A stretch of DNA of 64,000 nucleotides from an uncultured Gemmatimonadaceae bacterium (GCA_963829055.1 CAWHHI010000003.1:320001-384000); one strand, 5' to 3'; positions 32,038 to 44,407 are shown, counted from the stretch's first letter. The notes: generated by a model not told the origin, from the letters alone. Program-made: numbers and translations.

Positions 32038-33146
32038 GCCGCCGCCCCCCAGTTGGTCGCGATGCACCAGCGCACGACGGCGTCGTAGTAGTCGAGAACA
32101 TGCGGCGCCTCAATGCCGGCAGGCGCGAGCACCGCGCTCGCGTGACGGGCGTCGAAGATCTTCGGGTATGCCAGCTGGTACGCGAACGCCTGCACGGCGC
32201 GCGTCGCCTGCAGCAGCACCTCGTTGCCCGCTTCCTCCACCGTGCGGACGAACAGCTCGTACGTCGTCGAGGTCCACGATCGCCGGCCGCGCGATGCTCC
32301 GCTTGCGCCACGCAGGGCGGTGCCGCTCGAACGCCGCCGTGGTCGCATCGAGCAGTGCACCTAACGTGGCAGAGTTCGCCTGCGCCCGCGCACAGATGGT
32401 ACGTGGCGCCGGCGCTGAACGCGTGCTCGAACAGGTGATGAGACGCGTCCGCCGCGAAGTCGACAGGAATGAGGTCCACGAGCGCCGACTCCTGTCCTGG
32501 AACCATGGGCGCCAGGCCCTGGTACAGCAGGCGCAGCGCGTGGTGGACGGCGTTGAAACCGCTGACCGCGCCAGAGCGCGAGTCTCCGATGATGGTGCTC
32601 AGGCGGTACAGCGCGATCGGCAGATCGCGCCATCGCGTCGCGCACCACCGCTTCCATCTCCGCCTTGGACTGCTCGTAGCTGTTGACGAACCCATCCTGC
32701 GCCGCCGATGTCGCCCTCGCCGAAGCATCCCGTCGCTGCGCCCGGCAACGTAGACGGTGCTGAAGCACGCGATGCGCTCGAGGTTCGGGCACTCCTCGGC
32801 GAAGGCGAGGAGCGCGCGCGTGCCCTCGACGTTCGTCGCGCGCGCGTCGGGCAGCGGCCGGTTGAACATCGTGTCCGCGGCGCAGTGGACGATGTCGGTG
32901 ACACTCCCGCGAAGCGCCGCACGGTCGCCGGGAGCAATGCCTAACGTCGGACCCGCACGCAGATCGCCGGTCAGCGTGCTCACGCCTGGGCAGCGTTGCG
33001 CCGGCGCGGACGTCGAGATGCCGCGCGTCAGCACGACGACCGATGCGTCACCGGCGCTCGCGAAGCGGCGCGACGAGATCGCGACCTAACGTGCCGGTGC
33101 CGCCGGTCACGAGGATGGTACGTGGCTGATGCCGCGTCAGCGCCAT
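32034..33146 (-). CDS. Thioester-reductase-like extended SDR (NAD_binding_4 type; frameshifted)
   Basis: ILVTGGTGTLG, IVHCAA, NVEGT, FSTVYVAG, NSYEQSK (YxxxK), RLSTIIGDSRSG, DLIPVDF. Confidence 0.88.
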
Positions 33147-33159
33147 GACGCAACCACGG

Positions 33160-34130
33160 TCAGTGCTCGACGACCATGCAGCTCCAGTTCAGTCCGTAGC
33201 CGAACGTGAACAGGAGCAGCAGATCGCCTTTGCGCAGGAGCCCGGCGTCGGTCGCATCGCGCAGGTTGATGAAGTTGTCCGCCGCGATCGTGTGACCGAC
33301 CCGCCCGATGTTCGCGCTGAACAGCTTCTCGCGCGGACAGCCGATGAGGCCGAGCAGGATCTCCCAGCTGCGGAGCGAGACGTTATGCGGGATCACCCAC
33401 GCGATGTCATCGAGTGTCACGCCGGCCTTCCGGAGCGTCGTCTCGATCACCGTGCGGGCCGTGGGGAAGTACGCGGCGATGATCTCGTTCTCGAGCGAGC
33501 CGGAATCCCAGAACGCGCCCTTCGTCACCTGGTGCGTGGCGACGATGCGATTCCGCCCGGCTCTCGGCGCAGCAGCATTGCGCACGCGCCGTCGGACACG
33601 AGGTTGTAGACGACCTCGCGTGAGGCGTCGTGCGGCAGACGATCGGCGCTCACGCACAGCACGGTGCGCACGTCGGGCTCCGCGAGGAGCGTGGCGCGCG
33701 CGAGGCGGATGGCCGAGAAGATGGCGGCGCACCCTTGCTGGTCGATCCCGGCGACGGAGGCGCTCGTGAGATCGAACTCGCTCTGCAGCCGCGACACGGG
33801 ATACTTGAAGAAGTCCATGAACTCGCGCATGTGCAGCACGGAACCCGCGGGGCGGGCCGCGGTTTCCATGGTGGAGCTCGAGGTCAGTGCGCCCGCGTAG
33901 AGCACGAGGTCGATCTCGTCAGGCGACGTGCCCGTTTCTTCGAGCAGCGCGCGGACTGCGTGCATGGCCATGTCCACGTGACTGTCCGCTTCGGCCACGC
34001 GCGCCTGGCGGAAGCCGAAGCTCGCGAGCGCCGCCGCACCGCGGAGCGCACCGCGCTGTTCCAGCTCCGCGAGTGTCGGCGACGACGCCGGGAGCCAGTA
34101 CGTCAGCGCATCGATACCGACATCGGTCAC
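33160..34130 (-). CDS. KAS III (FabH)-like condensing enzyme / acyltransferase (frameshift near 33555)
   Basis: QQGCAAIFSAIRLA (catalytic Cys), VSDGACA, VIPHN, RVGHTIAAD, FTFGYGLNW. Alternative start at 34220. Confidence 0.88.
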
Positions 34131-34260
34131 ACCAGCTCTCGCTTGGGCCAAAAGGTTCGCGTAAGGTAGTAGCCGCATCGGCGAATTGGCGATAATGTCC
34201 GGCGCGAGCGACGCATCCACTATACGTCATCACACGTAGCAGAAATTTTCGGAGGGTTCG

Positions 34261-34695
34261 ATGGCCCGGGTAGCCAAGTCTGCTGTCATCAACGGCAACG
34301 CCGATCAGATCATCAACTACATCGCCGATGTGAAGAATCACCCCGCGTTCATCGGTCCGCTCAAGTCGATCGCGAACGTGAACGGCGATCCGAAGAAGTC
34401 CGGCACGTCGTGGGATTGGACGTTCGTCATGGCGGGCGTGGAGTTTTCAGGCCGCGCCGAGACGGTGGGCTTCGAGGCGGGCAAGACGTTCAGCTACAAA
34501 ACGACAACCGGCGTCGAGAGCACGTGGACGTACAGCGTCGAGCCGCAGGGCGGTGGGTCGAAGGTGACGGTGGACGTGTCGTACGAAGTACCGAAAACGC
34601 TGTTGTCGAAGATGCAGGCCGGTGTGGTCGAGAAGCTCAACGACGCCGAGGGGCTGCGCGCGGTGGAGAACCTGAAGGCGATTCTCGACCAGTAG
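34261..34695 (+). CDS. SRPBCC / polyketide cyclase-dehydrase family protein
   Basis: MARVAKSAVING..IINYIADVKNHPAF..TWTYSVEPQGGGSKVTVDVSYE..VENLKAILD; GGAGG RBS. Confidence 0.85.
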   Translation: MARVAKSAVINGNADQIINYIADVKNHPAFIGPLKSIANVNGDPKKSGTSWDWTFVMAGVEFSGRAETVGFEAGKTFSYKTTTGVESTWTYSVEPQGGGSKVTVDVSYEVPKTLLSKMQAGVVEKLNDAEGLRAVENLKAILDQ

Positions 34696-34717
34696 ACTCC
34701 ACCAGTAGGCGAGAGTC

Positions 34718-35224
34718 GTGCTTGCCTGGGCGGCCGCGTACGTCGCGCTCGTGATCGTCGCGGCGGCGGTCGTCCTCGCTCGGCGCGAGCCGACGATCGT
34801 ACGCGGCGACTGGGTCTTTCTCCTCACATCGCTGTTCGTCCTCCTGGTGGCAATGGTCAGCGCGCTGCGCGGTAATCGCTTTTCGTTAGGCATGCTGCTC
34901 GCGACCATCGTCGTGCTGCTGGCGGGGTGGTTCGTACAGTCGCGCTGGTGGGTGATCGGCGCGCCGCCCGACGCCGTCACGACGACGATCGAGGAATGCG
35001 CGGCCCGACTCTGCGCGCCATCGGTGCGAGCGGCCGGTGCGTGTACCGTGACTGTGCCCGGCGGCGCCGTTCGGCTCCGCGTTGCGCCAGTCGGAGGCTC
35101 GACGGTGATCCAGTTCGTGGCGAGCAGCAGGCACAGGAAGGCGCATCTCTTCCGCCGGCTGCTGGCGAAACAGTATCGACCGGTGATGCCGACGCTGCGC
35201 GTCGGCGGGTCGAGCCATGGCTGA
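34718..35224 (+). CDS. Hypothetical membrane protein
   Basis: Three N-terminal hydrophobic helices; closely spaced between SRPBCC and hydrolase genes. Confidence 0.65.
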   Translation: MLAWAAAYVALVIVAAAVVLARREPTIVRGDWVFLLTSLFVLLVAMVSALRGNRFSLGMLLATIVVLLAGWFVQSRWWVIGAPPDAVTTTIEECAARLCAPSVRAAGACTVTVPGGAVRLRVAPVGGSTVIQFVASSRHRKAHLFRRLLAKQYRPVMPTLRVGGSSHG

Positions 35225-35229
35225 CGACC

Positions 35230-36085
35230 ATGGCTGACGCGCGACGGCGCTGGATTCGGCTCGGCGTGCTGGTGGCGGTGCTCGCCATCGTCTTCGCCGG
35301 CATCCGCCGCCTCGCCTTCCTGGCGGTCGAGCGAGGCGGGATCGTCACCACGCCTAACGGGCCGGAGACGCCGGCGACGTTCGGCGCGCCGTTCACGCGA
35401 GTGGCGATCACGAGCGGCGACCGGATGCTCGACGCGACGCTCGTCCGTGCTGCGGGCGACTCCAGCCCGGCGCTGTTGATCTTTCACGGGACGGGCGAGG
35501 CCGTGTCGTTCTGGGCGGATACGCAGGCGCTGCTCTATCGCCACGGCGTCACGTCGATGGTCTTCGACTACTCCGGGTTTGGCCGCAGCACGGGCCGGCC
35601 CGACGGTGGCGCACCTCGAGGAAGACGCCGACGCCGCCTACGCCGAGTTCGTGCGGCAGGTCGGGCGACGGACGCGACCGTACGTGCTGGGGTACTCGTT
35701 AGGTACCGGCGTCGTGTTCGACGCCGTCGCTCGCTGGACGCCGCAACCCGCCGGCGTGGTCTTCGTTGCGTCGTACTCCTCGGCCCGCGAGGGCGCGGTC
35801 GCGTTCGGGCTCGTGCCGCACTGGGCGACGTTCCTCTTGCCCGACCTCTGGAACAACGTGCGCGACGCGCGGAACCTGCGTCAGCCGCTGCTGGTCATGC
35901 AGAGCGACGCCGACCAGCTCTTTCCGGTGAGCATGGCGAAGGCCGTCTACGACGCGGCGACGGTGCCCAAGCAGATGGTCGTGGTGCACGGCTATCGACA
36001 CGAGGACGGCCACCAGCGTCCGACCGACGACTACTGGGCGCCGGTCATTCGCTTTCTGACGACCGGCGTGCACTCAGGGGAGTGA
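35230..36085 (+). CDS. Alpha/beta hydrolase, membrane-anchored (frameshift near 35600)
   Basis: LIFHGTGE, FDYSGFGRS, GYSLG nucleophile elbow, SDADQL, GYRH. Confidence 0.85.
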
Positions 36086-36558
36086 GCGGAGGAGCGACGG
36101 CGGCGGCGTGAAGCTTCCCCACGGCATCGAACGGCACGTTCGGGTCGCCGAGCGGCGTGTCGAGCGTGACGGTGCCCGTTAGGCGGTAGTCGACGGTGCC
36201 GTCCCGCGACGCGTCACGCGCCGCGGCGCGCAGACCCTGCCACGAGACGTCGACGGGCAGTTGCACCGTCGTGGAGTCGTGGGCGGGCAGCGTGAACGGG
36301 GCGGCGGATTCGTCCGCGCCCGACCTCGGTCGAGTCGGTGAGCACGAAGCGATACGTGGCGAGCTTGACCGGGAGCGGGTAGGGGTTCGGATTGCTGATG
36401 GACAGCGAGACCTCGATGGCCCCGCCAGTGAGGCCGACACTGTGGACCTTCACGCCACTCACGCCAATCACCGGCCTGCTGAACGCGCGCTCGGCGAGAC
36501 GGCTGCACGCCGGTATCGCCAGCAGGATCAGGAATGCAAGAGAACGTCGATTCATCAC
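36045..36558 (-). CDS. LEA type 2 (WHy-domain) lipoprotein (frameshifted)
   Basis: Lipobox-like IPAC; LSISNPNPYPL; VDYRLTGTV. Confidence 0.8.
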
Positions 36559-36624
36559 AGGAAAGTATCGCCGATCAATCGAGTGCAGGGATGCAGGCGA
36601 CGGTCATCGGATTTCCGCGCGGGC

Positions 36625-38586
36625 TTATCGGCCCCAGCGGTTGTTGGTCCGATCGATGTCCGGGAACGCGTTCTCTGGGTCGATCTCCACTTTCGTGATC
36701 TTCGGCGACGCCGCCACACGCAGCGTCGCGCGACGCTCGCCACGCAGCCACACGTCGACCGGAATTTCCCGCCGCTCCACGCGTGTCACGCCCTGACGGG
36801 TGATCGCCAGCCTAACGGGCATCGGGGCGAGGCCGCGATCCTCGACGGTGATCGTCGCGCTGTCGCCGCTCGACTGAACGTCCGTGATCGCCTGGTCGAG
36901 CGTCCACGTCTCGTAGAACCACGTGCGCCAGAACCACGACAGGTCGCGGCCACTCACGTCGTCGAACGTGTGGAAGAAGTCGTACGCCGTCGGATGCTTG
37001 CTTGATCCAGCGACGTCCGTACTCGCGGTACGCCTTCATGAACACGTCGTCCCCGAGCAGCGCGCGGAGCGCGACCATGTTCGTCGCCATCTTCTGGTAG
37101 CTCGCCACGCTGTACGCCGGCGTCCCCACGGGGTACAGATCGCCGTGACGCATGAGCTCCACCTCGTCGCCGCGTGCGCGCGAACCCGAGGTACGCGTCG
37201 CGCACGATGCGCTCGAGGTCGTAGCCGCCGAAGAACGAGCGCATCGCCTGCGCCTGATTGAAGCGCGTGAGCCCCTCGTCCTGCCAGGCGTGGCGCTTCT
37301 CGTCGGAGCCCACCTGCATCGGGAACCACATGTGCCCGAACTCGTGCACCGTCACCGAGTAGAGCGCCAGCGTGTCGCGCTGGCCACCGATGCACGTGAT
37401 CATCGGGTACTCCATCCCGCTGCACGACACGACGCCGTCGAGCGCCGTCATCTGCGGGTACGGGATACGGCCAGAGGAATCCCGACAGGAACTCGATGGC
37501 GTGCTGTGCATAACGCGCGGACTGGTCCCACGCCCACGCCACGCGCGACGGACGATAGAACGAGTTGATCGTCGCCGTGTCCCCGAACGCCGCCTGCGTC
37601 GCATCCCACAGGTACTTGTCCGACGTGCCCCACGCGAAGTCGCGCACGTTTCGGGCCTCGAACAGCCACGTGACCTTGCCGCCCGCGCCGAGCGTCGTCG
37701 ACTTGCCCGCACCGCGATCGCCTTCCGCGACGACATGCACGACCTCCGGCGAACGACGCGCTTCGGCGAGCCGCTCGCGCGTCGCGGGCGTCAACACCTC
37801 GTTCGCGTTCTTCAGCTTCGCCCGTCGCGCCGATGAGCCATCCGGCGGGAACGGTCAGCGCGACGTCGTAGTCCGCCCAGCCCATGTAGAACTCGGCGTT
37901 CCCCATGTACCGGTCGGTCTGCCAGCCGTTCACGTCGTCGTACACGGCGATCTGCGGATACCAGTACGAGATCATGAACACTTCACCGTCGGTGCCGGAG
38001 CGCGGTGCGCCGTCTGGCGGGATCGTGAACTTCCACGAGAACTCGAACTCCGCCGCGCCACCCGGGGCGAGCGGCAGTCGGCAGCTTGATCCATGCGATC
38101 GTGCCCTCGATCTGGAATCCCGCCTGCACGCTGGCGTCGACGTCGCGGAGCTGCGGCAGCGGGCGCCCCTGCGCCACCACGCGCGACAGCTCCATGCCAT
38201 TCGTCGGCGGCACCTCGACGTTCCGCGCCGCGCCCGGCGCGAACAGGTTCTGGTACAGGTGAACGGCAATGAGTCGGAGCGTGTCGGGCGACCGGTTCTG
38301 GTACCGCGATGCGCCCCTCGCCCGTTAGGCGCTTCGTCGCCGGGTCGAGCTCGGCCCGCAGCGCATAACGCGCGTACTGCGTCCAGTACTTCGGCCCCGG
38401 CTCACCCGTCCGCGTCCGCGTACCGCGCTCGACCGCGCGCCGGAACGCCGCCGTCTCGAACACCGGGTACGGAATGGGACGTCGCCCTGCGGCATCGCCC
38501 GGGTGTCCGCCGACAGGAGCTGGCGTTGGCCGGCGCGTGCCAGACGAGCACGCGAGCACCGTGGCGGACACGACCACGGCGATCAT
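36625..38586 (-). CDS. M1-family zinc aminopeptidase (frameshifted)
   Basis: ISYWYPQIAVYDD, NVRDFAW, SGMEYP, HEFGH..WQDEGLT, SGRDLSWFWRTW. Confidence 0.9.
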
Positions 38587-38718
38587 AACGCGCGGCACAC
38601 GGCAGAGCTGGGCAGATGCGCGGGTGCAGCGGCTGTAGTCGTCATGACGCTCGGTCGGAGTTGACCCGGCGCGCATGCAGGCGGGCCAGAGGCCCGGGCA
38701 CCGGCAATCTACCGCCGG

Positions 38719-39897
38719 CTACCGTTTGCGGTACGTCACGCGGTCCCCGGTTCGGCTGTCGGTCAGGACGAGCGCATCCGCGCTCAACGATCCGCGTGCA
38801 TTCGTAGTCGTCGATTGGCCCGATCCGCTGGTGTCGAGGAAGTCGAGCCCGACAGCGTTCCCGTTGATCGAGCCGAACGCCTGCATGTTCCGCCCAGTCG
38901 ATGAGCGCCCGGATCCCGATACGGGGACGTCACCGGCGAACGTCGGCCCGGGGAAGAACGGCGACGAGTAGAGCGTCATCGTAAGCGGGCAGCGTCGACG
39001 AATTCCTGTCGCCGGTCCACGAGCCTTCGATCGGGGTGTCCACGTTCGCCGTGAGGTCGAGTGTCTTGGACATGATCGTCGCGACCGCGCCGAACAGGCC
39101 GACACCGCCCGTGAGCGTGTTGCCGCGCGTGTCATCGCCGAACGGATCGAAGCCGGCGACGTAGTAGTGGAAGTAGTTCGAGTCCACCGCGATGACGGCG
39201 AAGCTCTGCGGCACTCCGGGGAACATCGTACTCGCGCGCGAACGAGAATGACCACTCCGCGTCGTCGGGGTTTCCGGCGGCGCGCGCGAGGGGGAGGATG
39301 AGCTCCCGGTCGAGTGACACCGTGAACTGCTGGCGCCCGGTCCCGCTCCCCTCGTGCCGAAGCACGTAGCCGGCCGCGTTGCGGACCCCGGCGAGATTGA
39401 TGCGCAGCGTATCACGGTCCACGTTGAACGTGCGCCGCGCCGCGTCGACCGCTCCGCCCACCGGCACCGTCGTCTCACCGAGCACGACGCCGAGCGACGT
39501 CTCGATCCGCAACGTGTAGCGTTCGCCGGGCCGCACCCGGAGTACGTTAGGCGGCGCCGTCCCGGGCGAGCCGTTGGTGATGGTGACGCTCGTGACGCTG
39601 ATACACGCCGTCGTTCGCCACGCTCGGCACCGCGATGACCGAGTCCTGCCGCGGCCCGTAGATGACGACGCGCGCGTTCGTGATCGGCTCCCGCCCCGTC
39701 GGTGTGCCGGCCGCCGTCACGACCGAGCGCAGCGTGCGCTCGACGATGACGATCTGCTGCGTGGCCGTCGCGTTGAGCACCGCGTGCACGACCGCGCGCG
39801 GCTCGACGTCCGGCGCCGTCGTGTCCGCCAGCTCGCAGCCGGTCGCGAACGCGATGACGAGCGCGGCGCCACCCACGGTGGTCACGTTCCGGCGCAT
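38719..39897 (-). CDS. DUF4249-like lipoprotein (frameshifted)
   Basis: Lipobox ATGC; VVHAVLN..QIVIVERT, PGERYTLRI, GGVGLFGA; directly downstream of a TonB-dependent receptor. Confidence 0.7.
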
Positions 39898-39899
39898 CG

Positions 39900-42280
39900 T
39901 CACCACTCCACCCGCATGCCGAACGACGGCAGGAACGGGAACTGCGACGCACCCTTCACGACCGGCGGGTCGACATTCGTCTCGAGCGTGTACAGGAACA
40001 CGTTCTTCCGGTTGAAGACGTTCACGACGTTGATGTACGGTCTCAGCGTCGCGCCTCCGACGTCGAACCGCCGCTCGGCGCTCAGGTCCAGGCGCCAGTA
40101 GAATGGAAATCGTTCCGTGTTTCGTCGCGCTGCGCACCATCTTCCTCGCCGTCGCTGCGCGGTCCGCCCCACGTGTTGCGGACGGGATCGTAGCGGTACC
40201 GGTTCATCACGCCGGCCCAGCCCGTGTACGGCGTCCCGGTGGCGACGCCGAGGTGGGTGCCTAACGCCCACCGGCTCTGCGGCCGCGCCTAGGCGGCGAC
40301 GACGTTCGCGTTATGCCGCCGGTCGTGCGCCGGCCAGTACGCCACATCGTCCCGCTCGCGCGTCGTCACGCCGTAGCTGTACGCGATCCAGCCGCTGAAG
40401 CCGTTGCGCTCGAGCTGCCGGAGGTAGACGTCCACGCCGTACGACCGGCCGTCGTAGTACCTGAGCAGCGACGGCCGGATGCGCGGGTCGACGGTGCTCG
40501 CCGGCTCCGAGAGGTTGTCGTACGTCTTGCCGTACGCCTCGACACGAAAGAAGCGCGAGCCCGACAGCCACCGCTCCGCTCCGAGTACCACCTGGTCCGA
40601 CGTCGATACCGGAATCGTCTTGTCGCTGCCTAACCAGAGATCGAACACACGGAGCGGCAGATCCTCGTTGCGCATGGCGCGCATCCACTGCGTGTAGCGG
40701 CCGCCGGCCGCCGTGATCGCCAGCTGCGGTGTCACGAAGTACTTCACCGACACACGTGGCGAGACGCCGAGCCAGTTCGCGCCGCCCACGTATTCACCGC
40801 GCAATCCGCCGCGCAGCGAGCCAGCGGTCGTTCGGCTTCCACACGTCTTCCGCGAACAGCGCGCCCATCGCCGGACGCTGGCGCATCGTCGTGTCGCCAT
40901 CGGTGGCGAGCGGGTCGGGGAACCCGATGTCGTCATTGTTGTCGCTCGTCACGGTCAGCTGCTCGCGATACGACGTGCGGTACGCGGACGCCTCGTACCC
41001 GGCGCTCAGCGTCTGATGATCGCGCGCGTGCGTGATCGAGCCCGCGAGCTGCACCTCGCTCACGCTCTGCGCGAGGTAGATCGTCTCGCCCGGCAGTCGA
41101 AGTGCGTGGCGAAGCGCGTGAACGCGAGCCGCTGCGACATCGTCGTGCGCGCGCCGAGCGGCTGATCCCACGTTAGGCCGACGACGCGATTGCCCCAGTC
41201 GAACGTGATCGTCTCGTCATCGTCGTCCACCGGGTCGAACGGCCCGCCGGGAATCGTGACCCTGCGGCGTCGACTCATCGATGTGGTAGAGCAGATCCTT
41301 CCCCGTGTATGCCGTCAGGCCGAGCGCGCCACCAGCGGGCAGCCGGAGCCGCGCGCGGAGCTGCGCGTCCTGGAAGTGATACGGAAAGTCGTTGTTCCCA
41401 CGAATCCACTCGATCGACCCTGTCGGCGTACGTGCGCCGCACGGCGACGTTCCACGACAGCTTGCCCTCGACCCGTCGCACCGCCCATGAACAGCGAGGA
41501 CGACAGGAGCGAGACCTCCGCGGTGCCGTGCGCGCCGTTCCGCGTCTCCTCGAGGCTCTTCACGTCGAGCACGCTCGAGAGTCGGCCGCCATAACGCGAC
41601 GGGAACGCGCCGGTGAGCACGTCCACGCCGCTCACGGCCTTGTCGATGAACGTCCCGAACAGACCGCCCAGATGGAACGGGTTGTAGATGGGGATGCCGT
41701 CGAGCAACACGAGGTTCTGATCCGCCTCGCCGCCGCGCACGTTGAAGCCGGCCGAGAAATCGTTGCGCGCGACGACGCCTGGCAGGAGCGCGACGGAACG
41801 GAGGACGTCGGCCTCGCCGATCGCCGGAACACGACGCACCTCCGCCCCGGAGATGCTCACGACACTCGGCGTCGCCTCCTCCTCGAACCGCACCCGCTCC
41901 GGCGATTTCGCCACCGTGCGCACGGGCGCGAGCGACTGGGGCAGCATGCGGACGCGGAGCGTGACGGTCACCGTGTCGTTCGAGCGAACGACGACGGCCG
42001 TGTCGACCGACTCGTAGCCCAGGAAGGTGGCGTGCAACTGGACGCGCCCCGCCGGCAGATCGGGAAACACGAAGTGGCCCGCGGAGTCAGCGCGCACGGC
42101 GCGGCGCGGGCGATCGATCCTGACAGTGGCGCGAATCGGAACGCCGGTCGCGACGTCCGTGATCGAGCCCATGAGCGCTCCGGTGGGCGCGGCCGCCTGA
42201 CGCGCGGCCGCGGGCTGCTGTGCAGCCGCGCCCGAAGCGGTAACAACGGCTATGACGAGCGCGACCGGAAATCGGTGCAT
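39900..42280 (-). CDS. TonB-dependent receptor (frameshifted)
   Basis: GEADVLRSVALLPGV, VRGGEADQNLVLLDGIPIYNPFHLGG, YGGRLSSV, SPRVSVKY, HDRRH, PFLPSFGMRVEW. Confidence 0.9.
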
Positions 42281-42427
42281 GCGATGGACGCAGTGGGCGG
42301 CGGAGCGCGAGTCCTACCCGACGTACAACCCTTTGATCCGTCGATGCCCTTATGTACTTCCGCGAGGCGTGTGCGGCACGTGGTCACGTAATGCGGGCGT
42401 GATCTCGTCGGCTGTACATTCTTCCAC

Positions 42428-43117
42428 ATGTTCATCGGCCACTATGGCGTCGCCCTCGCCGCCAAGCGCGTGGCGCCACGTGTGTCGCTCGGGGTGCTCG
42501 TCGCAGCCGCGCAGCTCGCGGACCTCGTCTGGCCCATCCTGCTCATCCTCGGGGTCGAGCGCATCCGCATCACACCGAGCGACAATCCGTTTCTCGGCAT
42601 CACGTTCGAGTCGTATCCGTGGACGCACAGCCTTCTGGCCGCCATCGTCTGGGGCGCGCTCGCCGGCCTCGGCTACGCGGCGCTCCGGGGACGGCGCGCC
42701 GACGGCGTGGTCGTCGGTCTCGTGGTCGTGAGCCACTGGGTGCTCGACTGGATCACGCACGTGCCGGACCTGCCGCTGTATCCGGGCGGCGCCTCGCGTC
42801 GGGCTCGGGCTCTGGCGGTACCCCTCGGCCACCATGGTCGTCGAGGCGCTCGTGTTCCTGCTCGGTCTCGCTCTCTATTGGCGCTTTACCCGCCCGGTGG
42901 ACCGGACGGGAAGGTGGGCGTTGTGGGCGTTCGTCATCGTTGCTCGTCGTCCTGACCCTTGCGAAGCATCTACAGTCCTCCGCCCACGAGCGCGAACGCG
43001 ATCGGCTGGGCGGCGTTAGGCGGCTGGCTCATCCCCGTGTTCGGCTGGTGGGTGGATCGACACCGACAGCCGGTATCTTCGTCGCCCCTGGCCCCGCACC
43101 TCTCGTTGCACACATGA
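42428..43117 (+). CDS. Membrane-bound metal-dependent hydrolase-like protein (frameshifted)
   Basis: MFIGHY, QLADLVW, YPWTHSL, SHWVLDWITHVPDL. Confidence 0.8.
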
Positions 43118-43195
43118 GCTACCTGCTCGCGCTCGTGCGTGGCGCTTTCGGCATCGTTGACCAGCGCGTGATGCTTCGCGCGTGACACGTCCCCT

Positions 43196-44407
43196 GTGAC
43201 GCGCCGCGACTCGCTCTCGCTCGGCGAAGCACGGCGTATCGCGCTCGCCGCGCAGGGCTTCGACCGCCCTCGGCCGACCGGTGCGGTGAACGCGGGACAT
43301 CTGCGTCGCCTGCTCCGCCAGATCGGGCTGCTGCAGATCGATTCCGTGAGCATACTGCTGCCGGCGCACTATCAGGTCCCGTTCTCGCGACTGGGTCCGT
43401 ACGACCGCGCGCGACTGGACGCGCTCATCTACAAGGAGCGCGAGTTCACGGAGCAGTGGGCGCACGAGGCGTGCATCCTTCCGGTCGAGCACTGGCCGCT
43501 CATCCGCCATCACCTCGGGCCGCACGAACGACGGTGGGGCGCGCTGGCGAAGTTCATGGAAGCGAACGCCAGCTACGCCGCGCGCGTGCTCGAGGAGGTG
43601 CGCGCGCGTGGACCAGTGGTCGCCGGCGACATCGATGAGCCGGATGGGACGCGCGGCCGCGGCGGCGGCTGGTGGGGATGGACCACGGCCAAGACGACCC
43701 TCGAAGGTCACTTCGCTCGCGGGGCCGTCGCGATCGCCGAGCGGCGGACCGCGGGGTTCGCGCGCGCGTACGACCTGGCCGAGCGCGTCGTGCCTAACGA
43801 GCATCACACGCGCGTGATGTCGCGTGAGGACGCCCAGCGCGAGCTGATCCGCCTCGCCAGCCGAGCGACCGGCATCGCGACCGCGAGTGATCTCGCCGAC
43901 TACTATCGTATGGCGCCGCGTGAAGCGCGGCAGCGCGCGGCAGAGCTGGCGTCGGCCGGCGAGTTACGCGAGGTGCGCGTGGATGGCTGGCGCGAGCCGG
44001 CGTACCTGCATCCGGACGCGCGGATTCCTCGCGCGATTGCCGCCGCCGCGCTGCTGTCGCCGTTCGACCCGGTGATCTGGTACCGTCCGCGCGCGGAGCG
44101 GCTGTTCGAGTTCGACTACCGCATCGAGATGTATGTCCCGCGCGAGAAACGGAAATACGGCTACTATGTGCTGCCCTTTCTTCTGGGCGACCGCATCGTG
44201 GCTCGTGTGGATCTCAAGGCGGATCGGGCGGAGGGATGCCTGCGCGTTCTGGGTGCCTACGTCGAGGCGCACGCGGACGCGGACGACGTGGCCGGCCCGC
44301 TGGCCAACGAGCTGCGGACGATGGCTCGTTGGCTCGCGCTGGACGATGTGTCGGTCGCGCGACGCGGTCCGTTGAGCCGAGCCCTCGGGTCCGCTATTCG
44401 AAGCTAG
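43196..44407 (+). CDS. ycaQ: YcaQ-family (HTH_42) interstrand-crosslink DNA glycosylase
   Basis: EARRIALAAQG, LLQIDSV (QxD), EQWAHEAC, LLSPFDP, FDYRIEMYVP..RKYGYYVLPFL. Confidence 0.9.
   Translation: MTRRDSLSLGEARRIALAAQGFDRPRPTGAVNAGHLRRLLRQIGLLQIDSVSILLPAHYQVPFSRLGPYDRARLDALIYKEREFTEQWAHEACILPVEHWPLIRHHLGPHERRWGALAKFMEANASYAARVLEEVRARGPVVAGDIDEPDGTRGRGGGWWGWTTAKTTLEGHFARGAVAIAERRTAGFARAYDLAERVVPNEHHTRVMSREDAQRELIRLASRATGIATASDLADYYRMAPREARQRAAELASAGELREVRVDGWREPAYLHPDARIPRAIAAAALLSPFDPVIWYRPRAERLFEFDYRIEMYVPREKRKYGYYVLPFLLGDRIVARVDLKADRAEGCLRVLGAYVEAHADADDVAGPLANELRTMARWLALDDVSVARRGPLSRALGSAIRS

Noticed and set aside
43196..44407. ycaQ as a self-resistance gene for the biosynthetic cluster
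   Set aside because: It lies about 7-9 kb away beyond unrelated genes and has the QxD motif of housekeeping YcaQ-like proteins rather than the QxQ of AlkZ-like resistance glycosylases.
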